From NCBI GenBank assembly GCA_905178155.1, contig CAJINV010000011.1, positions 2,947,144-3,011,143 of the forward strand: DNA of 64,000 nucleotides, written 5' to 3'. Shown piece after piece: positions 46,928-59,462 of the stretch (position 1 is its first letter; every line of letters starts with the position of its first letter). The notes beneath the pieces were generated by a model that was not told the origin of the DNA, made no database searches, and saw only the letters and a list, made by a program, of their open reading frames with translations. The DNA is from Amoebophrya sp. A120. Lineage: Eukaryota; Protista; Dinoflagellata. The position numbers and the translations under genes were made by a program.

Positions 46928-49900
46928 CTAAACGACAAAAACTGAAAAGGAAATCACGGCCTTGATACCGCCCTTCCCAGTCTCGGCACCGGGTGTTGCT
47001 GCAGATGTCGTTGCTGCATTTGGATTGCCACTCGTGCTCGCTCCTCCGTGAGAAGAAGTCGTGCCCCCGATCGGCGTCGCACCAGCGGTCTCCGCACTAC
47101 TTCCTTGCTCGTGTTGTGCTCCCGGGTGCGAGTTTCGGGGGAGCTGCTGTTGTCCTCCCCAAGAAGATTGGTGGTAGTGTTGACCCCCGTAGTGGTTGTA
47201 GCCAGAAGAATTGTAATGTCCGCTGCTGGTTCCGTAGCTGTGGTTGTTGGCATGGTTGTTCCCAGCAGAGGACGTTGACAATGCTCCCTGGTGCTGCCCT
47301 TGACTATTTGTCCCATGGTTCTGCCGCTCCTCCTTGACTGCGAGCCGGTAATTCATGTGTCGGAACAGCCGAAGGGCCATTTCCGCGTCCTTTGCCGCGT
47401 AACGAATCTGGTGCGCCGACAGCGGTTCCTCGGCGGACCAGTCGGGTATAAACCGGTCAGGCGTTGCAATGTCAACTGGTGTTCTTTTCACTATGATAGA
47501 TAAATTTGGACGTAGGACTAGGACTTTATTCTTATTGTCTCCCATGGAATTCAGACATGAGAAACACAAACATAGAGAGCTCCACGCTTTTCGCAATACA
47601 GCTTCAGTTCATACTCTAGTGAGATGTTCTTTGGAGCTCCCGGACTTGTTGTCATGCGCATTGCACTGGGGATAGGCTCGCTGGCTTGAAAAATACTAGG
47701 GCGACTTTCACGTGACAAAGACAAGCGCAAGCCTCCGCAGCTTTTATTTGTGAAAAAATAACATCAGTTGAGATTTTCACATCTGAACGCCGCATATCGG
47801 AGATCTGGATTTTTTTGTCCTTGTAACCCTTCAGCACGTCGTTCCCGAAGTAGTACTGCGCCATCTGCTCCAGGCTGCGGCCCCGCCTCCGGCCCGTCTC
47901 CTGCGTGAAGATGTGGCGCAGGTCCGGCATGTTGCCGACCTTGACGCGGAAGCTCGCTTCCAGGCGCGGTTTGTCGCAGTCGCCCACCACGGGGAAGATG
48001 CACTTGCTCACCGCGAACTTCTTCTCCAAAAAGGGCGGGAGCCGCTTCCGGGCCCGCACCTCGCCGAGCTCGGCGCCGCACGCGCTCGTTTTCGTCGTGC
48101 GCACCAGCACCTGCTTGCCGTCGTCCGCCGCGAACTGCATCAACGCCACGCCGTGGTGGTGCTTCAGACTCCCGTTGTTCGGCTCCGGCCGCCACTCCAT
48201 GTCAAACCCGAAGATCTCGTGCTTCTGAAACCACTCGTACACTTTCCGTAGCAGAGCTCTGTCGGCCCGTCCTCCTTGGGACGAGCCGTGAGCTGGTTTA
48301 TCTGGGCAACAGGTCCGGCCTGCCGCCGGGGAGAGTGCCGGCTGCTGCTGCTGTTCTTGTGGTACTGGTTCAATGTTTGAGTCTGCATTTTTATCACCCT
48401 GCGATTTTATTTCCACTGGATCTTCTTGTTTCATCTCCAGCGAGGCTGGAGGTTTCTCGACGACAGGGTCCCCAACATTTTGATTTTTATCCTCGTTCTC
48501 CTGCGTAGATTTTTCGACGTCAGCGGTTGTTTCTTTCTTCTTGTTGCCAGTGGATGTTGGCTCGACCAAATTTGTCGCCCGTGACGCCGATTTCGGGTCA
48601 ACGTACGGTGACACGGCCTCGCCCAGGAACTCCTCCAAAGTTGTCACCTCTGGCTGTTCTACCTGGATAATTTCGTCACCCATCTTTGTGAACGGGAACG
48701 CAGCACTGGTGGGAAATGTACTTGTAGAAGTTGTGATAGCTTTTGATCCTTCAGATGAGGTAGAAACACCACCCCCAGGTTGCTGTACCGTGACGAGCTG
48801 CTCCACCATGCTGTCTGACGCCGCCCCACTGCACGAAGCGGAACAGGAGGCCGTCGTGTTCTCCTCCTCCAGAGTCGTCAAAGTAGTGTTCCCCTCCATT
48901 TGTACGGGTTTCATCATCTCCCGACTAGAAATCACCGGAGAATCCACGGTGACTGACGCAGAGGAATCATGATCTTCAACCGCACCTACTTCCTGTCCCT
49001 CGGTTCTAGTAGTCCTCTCCTCGTCAGCCGCCTTTACTATTTTCCTTTTCCCATCAGCCGCAGCCGCAGCCATCGCATCGGGGGAAAGCACTTGCTGCAC
49101 CGGGCTGCTCTTGCACGACCCGCCCCGCGAGGACACCGTAACGCTGCCGACCAACCAGGGTGCGATGTTTACGTTTTCCATGTCCTTTTCGGCACGGAAG
49201 TTCTCGATCACGGCAACCGCCGCGTCCGGGAACTCGGTCAAGTCTAAATCCGGATCCAACGCGTCGAACAAGTACAGGTCCTCCAAATCCACCGGCCCGA
49301 GGACGTCCAGGTCGTGCCCATTCCTGCCGGTCAGTCCAGAGGCGGCAAGAGACGTCGCCGACGCTGTCACCGTGTGGTACGGCTGCTGATTGTTTTTGCG
49401 GTTATTGGACGACGAACTTCCTTGGTGGTTCTTGTGGGAGGTTGTACCGTCGACGTTCTGATTCTGGTACGACGATGTCGAGGATCTGCCTCCAGCTGCG
49501 GCTCCTGGTGGTCCTCCTGTGTTTACAGTATGATTTCCCCCGTGATGGTGGAGTTGTTGTGAATGTCCCCCTGAAGTAGAACTCCCCACAGCCGCTCCAG
49601 ATGCACCAGCACTTGCGCTTGCAACGCCTGTTGTGCTGCCTGTCACAACATTATTCCCGGAGGTCATGTTGTGCTGCTGTTGATGGTAGTGCCGAACGGC
49701 GGCCGCGTGTTGCTGCAGATGCTGCTGGATGTGTTGCTGCGCCGCGGGATTCGCGATTCCCGCTGCGTAATAGGGATTCATGGCGTACCAATTTCCGCCC
49801 CCGGGACCGGGAGGGAACGCGGCATGATACTGCGCCGCAGCGGGGTGCTGCACAATGGCCACCGGAGGACGGGCAGCTCCCGACTGCTCCGGAACTACAG

Positions 49901-51353
49901 CTGGGAGTCCTACGGTTGTTCCCAAGACGCGGTGGTAGATGGAGGGGCCCGTAGTTCTTGAAGTAGAAGTAGAGGACTTCTTGTTCGCCCCGGCAGAGGA
50001 CGTTGCAGCTCCAAGTCCAGCAGCCGCTGTCGTTTTACTGTTTACTTTTCCGGTTGGAGCCTGATCGTTCACGACCTCTTTATTTCCACCAACTGCCGTA
50101 CCGTTCTTGTCGGCTTGAGTTGTGCTTCCGTCAACGACGCTCTCCTGCTCGCCGGTAGTTCTAGTAGTACCGCCCTCAGGTAATTTGTTACTTGGGCTCG
50201 ACGTCTGCTTGCTGGAGATTTGATCATGCGTCTTGAGGTTTGTGACACAACTCACGTCATTGTTCGCATTTTTCACATCCTCCGCATCGGGAACAAGTAA
50301 AGCATCTTCTTCTCCTGCAGCTCCTGCACGAACCCTTTCTTGATCACCCGCTGCACTGCCTTTTCGAAGATCATCTTGTGTGGGATTTGTTGCTGCTGCA
50401 GCATCCTTCGAAGATCCTGAGGTTCTTATTTCGTCCTTTGCGGAGGAACAAGTAGCCGCACCTCCTGCAGTAGCCGAGGACAAGAGTGCCGCCCCTTCGC
50501 TGGACGGATGAAAGGCTGCCGCCTTGGGATTCATTGGCGTGCTCTTCTTTGGTGCAACAACACCAGCAGCAGTAGGAACAACTACAGGTTGATGTAGTTG
50601 TTGAGCCGGTGCGGCGACCAGAACGGGCACTGCCTGTTTTGAGCCGCCCCTGCTTGCCGTCTGCTTGGACGAGTTGATCGCGGCCAGGACCGGCACGACA
50701 GCACCCGGCGGGATCTGCTGGTGGTGATACAAAGCGGCTCCTGGGTTATGCGCCAGTGCGGCTTGTCCGTGCTGGTGCTGCTGCACCATGGCAGCTGCGT
50801 AATGATGTTGTTGGGGATTCACGAGAATCGGATAAGCAGCTCCACCCCCGCCCGCAGGAACAACGTACTGCATCCTGGTACTAGCCGCGGCAGCGGCCTG
50901 CTGTTGGTAGACTGCGGCGGGGTTCGCCCCGGGAACAAGATGTTGGTTAGGGAGATGCTGCATAGGCACGAGGTTTGCCGGAATGCCACCGTAATAGACC
51001 CCGCCGGAGGTGATCCCCTGCATTGGGTGCGCAACAATGTACGGCACGCCGGGGGCACCTCCGTTTTGCGACAGGACTTGGTACGCGGCTTGCGGCTGGC
51101 CGTGGGGTGGACCACCGACTGATGTACGGATCATCATTGGCTGGGCGGAGGTCGCGCCCAGCGTCGTGGACCCGCCTTTAATATTATTCCCGTGCTGCGG
51201 TTGTGCAACATTGCCAGTCACAGACACGCTGCTCGCTGAAGTTGTACTGCCGCCTTTCTGTTGACCCGGCCCTGAAGCTGAAGGACCCACCATCAGCTGT
51301 TCTCCGTGGCGGCGGCCACCGCGACGAGACGAGGCTCTTCGATTATGTGACAA
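46928..51353 (-). CDS. DnaQ/DEDDy 3'-5' exonuclease (WRN/EXD/Mut-7-like) with a long low-complexity N-terminus and a PAM2-like motif
   Basis: GFDMEWRP, ALMQFA, DLRH, SLEQMA, QISDWSAEEPLSAHQIRYAAKDA after introner removal; the 3' end may extend to ~46660. Confidence 0.85.
47447..47796. mobile_element. Introner (singleton, imperfect TIR)
   Basis: TAT..TCAG..TCAACTG.TGTT; DR tcggg/tcgga; join restores the SDW motif. Confidence 0.85.
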
Positions 51354-52158
51354 CGACGAAACGATGTGACGCTGACGATTTTTTGGTCGTACTTCAGATA
51401 ATATAAATTTTACAAATTCAACTTTCTTCTGGCGTGTTTAAGTTAGTTTAACAGACGACAAACAACGACGAAATGACAAGCTAGTAGCGCAATATCCCTC
51501 ATTTCTTTTTCTACCCTACTAGAACATAAGATTCCGGATGAAGCGCACGGATGAAGGGTGGTGTTTGCATGATTGTGATTGTGACTCACATTCATCATGT
51601 AGATCATATTGCCGAAAAAGTGAAGAGAAACTCAAACTGCACAAGCGCAATCACAACAACATCAAGAATGAAACCAAACATCATGTAGAATCAAAATTCA
51701 TAGGAAACAAGAAGAGCGCCCTCTTCGCTCTCTCTCCAGCTCTGAACCGTGGGGGCTTTCTTCATCTCTTCTGCTCAGAAGCGTGCAGGGATCGTCTCTT
51801 CGTTCACGATTGGACCGTAAAGAATCTACTGAATTCTCGTGGGCACTTGTTCTTCAAGTTCATTTACTGAAGATCCACATGATTCGGGAACAACACCACT
51901 CAACGAGATCACGAAGTGGTAGTGGTAATTATCTCGAGCGATTGCGATAGGCGATTGTATCCATCTAGTACACCACTCAGCTCATATCAACCAGGTCGAT
52001 TCTAACTCTTGCGCGCGTTGCAGGATGAAAGTAACGTAGTAGCAGCCTCAGCATGGAATGACGTTCAATGGGCTTCGAGTAGGAAGTACGCTCTGTTCAG
52101 TTTCTTGTACCTGGTGCGCTCCTTCTTCTAAAAAGCCTTTTGCAACCAGCGCCCTTAC

Positions 52159-55100
52159 CTAGCAGTAGAAATGCACCTCCACGGTAAATTTCCAGAGCCT
52201 TTTTGGCGGCAACAGGAACTGGGGGTCAAACCCCCACACGTTTCCCTTGCCGCCGACACCTCCGACCCCCATGTGCGCCACATCAATGCAGACCCAGGTC
52301 GCGTCCTCCGGTACCAAATCATGGGCGTGCGCCGTCGTGGCCAGCTGCTCAGTGCTGTAGTGCGAGACCGAACAGAGCGATGAGACATCACAAGGACCAT
52401 CATCATTATCAACATTCCTCGACGAGTTATAATTTCTGGTTCTGCCCGCTCCACTTACTATTTCATCGTCCTCCACCAGTTTTATTCCCATTACACCCGG
52501 AAACCGGACCCACTTGACGCTCGACCTGCCCCCGAACTCCTGCGGCTTGGCGTAGGGGCAGACTTTGGTACGCAGGTCTTCGGTGAAGAAGCCTTCCGTG
52601 CAACTGCTGTGCCGGTCCGCGTAGTTCTCATACGGGCCTTTTGCGAAGTACTCATAGGCGTTATACCTCTTTGGCAGCTTGAACCGCAAGCCGACCCGCG
52701 GCAAATGCTCCGTGACGCAGGTGGTCAAGTCGACTTCGCATGAGAAGGCGAGCACTCGGCTGGCAATTTCTACGGGAGGAGCAGCAGGCTGGCTCCTTGT
52801 GCTGGCGGTCGCTGTAAGAGGTGCTGTGCTTGTCTTCGTTTGTTTTGAAACTACGGTCGTTTTCAAATCCACACTCAACACCTCACTGCGGAGCTTCACC
52901 ACGTAGCTCGCGTCGACTTTCACGCCTGTTGTAGAGGACACGACTGCTGCACCGCTCAACAACTGCCCGGAAGAACCCGGCTGCCCCTTCACGGATGTCA
53001 CACGGAAGCCACCGCTGTGCCGCAGCCTACTTGTTCTCGTCCTGCCGTCGTCGTGGTCCTCTTCGACGTTTTGTAAAAGGACGTTTGGGTTGAAAGGCAC
53101 CCGATTTTTCCGGTAGTTCTCCTTTTCCTTCTTCTCGACGGCTTTCACGCGCTCCACCAAAAATTTATCCCTGGGCAAGAGTTTGAAAACCTTCAGCCAC
53201 AGCCAGGCGTAGGAGAGAACCGCGTGCGCTTTGTTCGTGACTTTTTTTGCCAAAAAATCGAAGACGTAGTGCGCGAGCCAGCGGCCCCCGGTGCACAGTT
53301 CCACGTCCATACCGCCCCGGTCGTTCTCCACCGGTGCGCGGACAAAGTGGTACTCGATCTTTTCTATGAGAACCTCCTGGCTAGGATGCAGCCGCACGTT
53401 CTCCACGAGAGTGAGCCCGGATGATGTTGAGACAGGAGTAGAACGACCTGTGTTTGAAGATGCCTCTTCTTCAGGAGGAGCAGGTAAATCGAATTTCAGT
53501 GGGTTATTCATGTTCCCATCGGTTGTGTCAGAAGTTCCTAGGGAATTATCAACAAGCGTCGACTGTAGTTCCTCTTCCTGCTCGTCCCCCTCAGAGATCG
53601 TGTTCAGTTGTACCGTTCTTGCCTTTTTCCGCGACTGCGCCAAGTTAAAATCGCGGAATGCTAGACAATGAAACAGCTCGTCCGCGTGTTTCTTGAAAAC
53701 GGGGAAAAACACCTCGCCGAGCAACAAATCCTCCCGCGTCAACCCCAGGCGTGACCCCAGCCGCTGCAGCAAGGTGCTGCTCCGTTCCGCGGCCGCATTG
53801 TACACGGCAAAGAGCCGTCTTGGGCGCCACTTGCGCTCAAACAGGAGCAGTCCACGAGGTGCTGAGCCAGCTGATGTAGTACTAGTTGACCCGGCGGGGT
53901 CACTGTCTACTTTAGTACTTGATGTTTCCGGGGGTCCTAGTAGTTGCTTCCCACTGCTTTTGGCCGTCGCGAGGCGCGCCAGCGTGTCGCGGTCGGGCAG
54001 GATAATGCTTGTCCACTGCTTGGGCTGCACATCGGGATCTTCCAGTGACACAGGTAGCAACACCGTTTGGGCGGTCGCCAATTCATGATCTCCGTTCGGC
54101 GACAAGATCGAGTCTCGCATCTCGACGAAAAAATCGACGCTTTTCAATGTCGAGAAGTCGAAGCGGTTTTGCACGGCCACCGTGGAAACCGAGAATTTAG
54201 AAGAGGAACAACTACCCTCGTGCATCTTCGAAGAGAAACGGAAGAAAACCGGCCGTTGCAGAGACCGGGCTTCGTAGTACGTTGGGTGCGCGTTGATACG
54301 ATTCGCGTGCAACAGTCCATCCGCAACAAAACTATTGTCCTCCCAGCCGCTCGTCGAACCAAAATCGCCACCGTAGAAACACCTTTCAACGTTATCATTC
54401 GAATTCTTCCTGCTTATCACAGCATGTTGCACATCGACAGAAGATGTTGCGGCTGCGGCGTTTATAGTTGTACCGCGGCCCAAAAGCGGCTCTAGCTGGT
54501 TTATTTGTTGTTTTACTTCTCGTCCCGCATGTTGGTGGTGGTCCTGCCCATCTTTAACCTTATTCTCACCACCTCCCTGCCGCGCTATCGGCGGCCCGTT
54601 GGTTGTGTTACAATTTTGCGAATTCCTTTTACTCCGCCGAAATGCACCGCTTTTGCCTCTTCTCCTTGCCGCTGGTGGCGGAAAAATGGTGACATTCTCG
54701 TACCGCTTCCGCATGTCGTCACACACCTGCAGCTGCGCATCGGCCCACTCCCAGATGAAGCCGCCTTGGATGCTGGGGTACTTTTCGTCGTAGTACAATG
54801 CAAAGAATTTTTCCAAAGACGCACAGCTGTTGCCCCAGGCGTGCGCAAACTCGCACTGGATGATCGGCTTCTGGAACTTGCTGTCTGCAATGTCCCAGGG
54901 CGTTTTCTGCCGGTCCGCGATCTCCACCAGGTCCCAGGGCGCCCAGTACATGGGGCAGATCAGGTCGGAGCACAGCGTGGACCCATCGCCACAGCTGAAC
55001 ACGGGGTCGTTGCTGTAGTTCTTCCCGCCCTCATACTGGATGAAGTGGTATGGCGTTCTCAACTGTTACATTCTCAACTGTTAAATGAATTTGTGATGCA

Positions 55101-58100
55101 AGAATGGCAAAAGTGAAAGGAGGGAGCTTGCGCGTCTTGCATGACAGATTTGGCACAGATTTAGACGCTGGCTAGCCACTCGAGAACTTGTCATGCGAAG
55201 CAGCTGGATCGTCTTGTGGCTCATGGTCATTTTGCATGTCAAATCATGTAACAGTTGAGAATGTAACGTTTGAGAACGCCATAAGTGGGTGCGGAAAATC
55301 TGGGCGGAATAGTCGTGCACAGAAGTCGGCCGAATGTCGATTGCAGCCTTCCGGAACTCCTTCTCCACATCGTCGCCAAGCAAGTCCTGGAACGCCTTCA
55401 CGCTCGACGCTAGCTATGGAACGAAAAAACTGCGTTAGTGTAGTTGTCTTCAGGTGACAGCATGGCAAATTTGCTCTGCATGACAAAGTGATCCTGTCAT
55501 GCACAGACAGTACGTGAAAACTCTTTATGAAATAGGACGTCATGGCTGGCTAGCATGACAAGTGGAACAGTGTTGCATCATGTCTTCTTGCATGACAGAC
55601 TTACACTTACACAGTTTTTTTCTTGCATACTACCGCGTGCGTTTTCAACTGCGTCTCGAGCGGGTAATCCGCTCGCGGGCTCCAGGGGAGCCGGCCGAGA
55701 AAGGCGGAGACGCTTTTCGTGTCCTGCCGGCTTGGAACTACAGTTCTTGCAGGCCCGTCCGGTGTACTTCCTGTTCCTGTGGTCGACGAGTTCGGCTTCG
55801 GGCCTACTTCTTTACCAGAAGATAGTATCCGACTGCCGCGGGCAGCCGAGTTCGATGAAATCGTCCCCTGATCGGGTGCTGGACCACCGCCCGTTGTTGT
55901 ACTGGTACTGCCTAGCAACGGTCGGTCGTCCTCAGTCTGCACATCTAGCGTACCATCGACCGCTCCCGTGCCCTCGCACAGTACTGTCGACGTCTGGCGG
56001 TGCCATCGCAGGCCCCGCCTGTCCAAGTACAGTGGCGGTTCTCCCGCCTGTCCAAGCATATGATGTTCATCTGCATTCATCCCGCTCCGTCGCTCGCAGG
56101 CGTGGAGGTGCAAAAACGTGGTTTGCTCGAGGAAAAACCGGTAGTTGGCGAATAAATTCGGGCCGAACCCCGCCTCGTTCCCTAACGAATAGCCGATGAC
56201 GCAACAATGGTTTTTCGTCCGGGCGAAGCACGCGTGCGCGCGGGAGAGAATCGCACTTCCCCAGCGCGCCCGGTCGCAGTGCAGCACGTCCATCGTGCCG
56301 GACAGGGCCATGCCGTGCGTTTCGATGTTGGTTTCGTCTACGACGAACAGCCTATGACAGTGCACAACGCCCCCTCATTCTCATTTCTCATGCAGAATCC
56401 CAAATACAGTCGCTGCCCTGTATCACTATTATGCATGACAAAGTCCGGAAGCTACCCAAACAGTGCAGCTACATTAGACCCATAAACTTGTAATGCGTAG
56501 GCTTCATGTCGTGTGCCGGCGTTTGTATTGCCGCTCACGCCGTACAAATGAGGGGGCGCGGGCGTTTTGCACTCTGATACAGCCCGATCTCGTCGCACAA
56601 CGCGTACCAGCGCCGGTCGTTCGGGTAGTGCGCCGTGCGGACGGCGTTGAAGTTACCCGCTTTCAGCAGCGCCAGGTCCTGCAGCATGTCCGCCTCCGAG
56701 AGCACGCGACCCCTTTGCCACTGAAATTCGTGGCGGTTCACGCCCTTGATCACGATCGGCCGGCCGTTCACGCATAACACGTTGGGGGGATGGGATAAAT
56801 TCGTCCCGCACTCCACCGTTCGGAACCCAACCTTCAGTTTTTCCTCCTGGAGGACCAGTCCTTCCTCTATCACCTCGACAAGGTCAAGGTCCACGTCTGC
56901 TTTTTCATCAAAATTGTCTTCCTCCCTTCGTCCACGTCGCGTGATGAGAACTTCTTTCAGACAAATCTCCACCAGGTACAGCTGCGGATCTTCCGGCGAC
57001 CAAGGGAACACTTCGCCCTCGTCCAAACACGCGCGCACGTCGCGGGGCAAGAAGGTGACCTTGTACTTCGTTCTCGTCTGGTCAGTATTTTTTGGGTCTC
57101 CTGACGAGGCTGGAGATCCTAGTACATTTGGGCCAAAAGGCGCAGCTCCTTCTCCTTCCAGCACCGGACATACACGGCAAGTAGCCGACGGAGCTGGAAG
57201 ATGTTCACCTCCCGTTGGATCATCGCGCTGTGGAGTTGCCGCATTTGCGATTGTGACAAGTCTTGTTTGCGTCGAGAGAGCCGGAGCCCCCGCCGGGCCT
57301 GCAGAGCCACTATAAGTGCTATTTGCTCGTCCTCGTGTCGTTTTTTGCAGCAGTTGATGAAACACCGTGCGCCTGGCTGCCGGAAACCGTTTACTCCCGA
57401 CGTTGGGGCTCGCGGGAAAATCCTTTTGCCGCTGGATGGTCACAGTCAGTTGCAGTGCCAGCTCGTCAGGATGATCATGTTGTTGATCTACTTGGGTTGT
57501 AGCTGCGCTGTTGTCTCCACCTGTGTTTGAGTTTGGCTCTGTACGACCTTCAACTCCATCTGGTGCGAGGACCACTTCATTTGCCTTGTCATCACGAAGA
57601 TTTCTCTCCTCCCCGACGTCCAACTCTAGCTCCAGCGACAACGTCCTGGTCGCATAGTCTGCGATGGTTTTGTAGTCCAGGATTTGGCATTTATTCCGGG
57701 AACCAAACGCTTCCAGAAACACCGGCCGGTAGATCCCGCTCAAGGTCCACATGTCTTGGCACTCCAGATAGCTCCCGGAAGAGAACTTCGGCACGACGGC
57801 GATAATCGTGTTCGGATGGGGGGGTGGCAAGAGGAAGTTTGTTACTTCAAACTCGGTCTCCGTCATGCTGTCTTCGCCGTACCCGATGAAAATTCCATTG
57901 ATATACAGGTAGACGGAGCTCGCAACGCCCTCAAAGGTAATGTGGGTTCTTTTCAGATGTGGCTGCGAGGATGGGGAAGCAGATGAGTTCGTGTCACGAC
58001 CATCGGCTGTCCCTGCACCGGAAGTGGATCTGGAAGTAGAGGAAGCAGCACCAATAGCGGATAAACTCTCCTCTTCCACAAAATCTTCGTCCAGCACTAC

Positions 58101-59462
58101 AGTGGTAGCGTAGACGCCGCAGGGATTCACCGGCCCGTCCGGCACCGATTGCGCCAAGGGAAACCGGGTCCAGGGGTACACGACGTTCGTGTAGGTTGGC
58201 GGATCATACCCGAGCAGCTCCCAGTGGCTCGGCACCGGGATGTCGTCAAAGGAGGATAAAGAGTTTTTTCGTCCATAAGTAGAAGGAGCAGCGTCCTCGG
58301 GTGCTAAAGGTGGAGTACTAGACGAGGCGGGCACAACAACCCTTGAGGTGGACCTTGTGCTGTTGTCCACTGAGTCCGCAACTGCCGCCGTCAAAAATTC
58401 CATGGCCTCGTCGTAGGTTTCGAAAAGGTTGAACTTCCAGGGCTTTTGCTCCAAATAAAGTTTGTGCGTCCCGTTCCGCGGCACGTGGTGCTTCACGAAA
58501 TTCTGTCCGAAATACGGCACTTTCGGATCCTTGTGAAGTTTCTCTTCCGGCACGTCGCGCAAGAGCGGCAGATCGGTAGAGAAGTCGGCTGTATTTGTAC
58601 TGGCGGTTGCAGGCTCGGCGGCCGGAGCTCCAAGCACCGCGGCGTTTTTGGGCTGTCGGATGACATTTCCGTCAGGACGATCATCTTCCGCGCGCAGGTG
58701 TGTTCGTACAGGATGTATTTTATTGTGGCCACCAGCACGTGATGCATCTTTCCCTTGCATCAGCTTCCGTCCCATCCGGAACGGCCAGAGCAGCAGGAAG
58801 CATGGCAGCTGGAAGATCGGATTGCGGCGGAGCGAGAAGGCAAACACGCAGTGGTCCGGAGAGAGGAACCAGCGCGCCACGAAGCTCAGGAACCGCAGAA
58901 AATTGACGCGCACGGAGCTGTCCGCTCCGGCCCATCCGGCACACATCACGAGAAACAGGAGGTGCTCGACGAAGGTCGTTGACGCTATTGCTGCAGAAGA
59001 AACGCCACCGCTGTCACGGTCTCCGTACCCCGTGATTGTCGAATACAGCCACGATGGTCCTGCTCTTATTTGCGGTTCGCCCTTCTGAAACAGGGACGTA
59101 AGCGCGCCGGTGGCGTCGAAAGCGTACTGCGTTACCAGGGTCCCCACGGTCGCGCCGTAAGAAGCTGCTCTCGTGGTCGTCCCTTTTTCATCATAGTCCT
59201 CCCCGTACAGGAGACGCCACGCGAGGCTATGAGCGCTGTCAAAAAGACTAGCTGCGGTGGCGTAGAAGGAAAACGGATCGTCGGCTGGTGCGTAGCCGGC
59301 CCAATAGCAGAGAGAGAAGCAAAGGACGACGGGGTAGGCGATAAACACCAGAACAAGTGGGTTGAACCAGAAAAAAAGGCTATCTTGTGTGTGGCTCAGC
59401 CAAATCAAAAGGAAAAACAGGAGAGCGCGTAGTGCCGGCGGACCCAAAATTTCGAGAAGCAT
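52159..59462 (-). CDS. Beta-galactosidase, glycoside hydrolase family 2 (LacZ-like), with N-terminal hydrophobic segments (4 exons)
   Basis: VPSHWEL.GY..P.YTN, FEGV.S, QDMW.LSGIYR, KGVNRHE, NAVRTAHYP, GLFVVDETNIETHG, SLGNE (acid/base), QYEGG, DLICPMY, CEFAHAWGNS (nucleophile), QGGFIWEW, GPYENYADR. Confidence 0.93.
55049..55283. mobile_element. Introner family A
   Basis: TIRs; DR agtgg; join FRTH-FIQYEGG. Confidence 0.93.
55415..55629. mobile_element. Introner family E-like
   Basis: TATG.AA.GAAAAAACTG TIR; DR ctagc/ctacc; frame restored. Confidence 0.88.
56353..56579. mobile_element. Introner family H
   Basis: TIRs; DR cagcc; join CDEIGL-FVVDETN. Confidence 0.93.
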
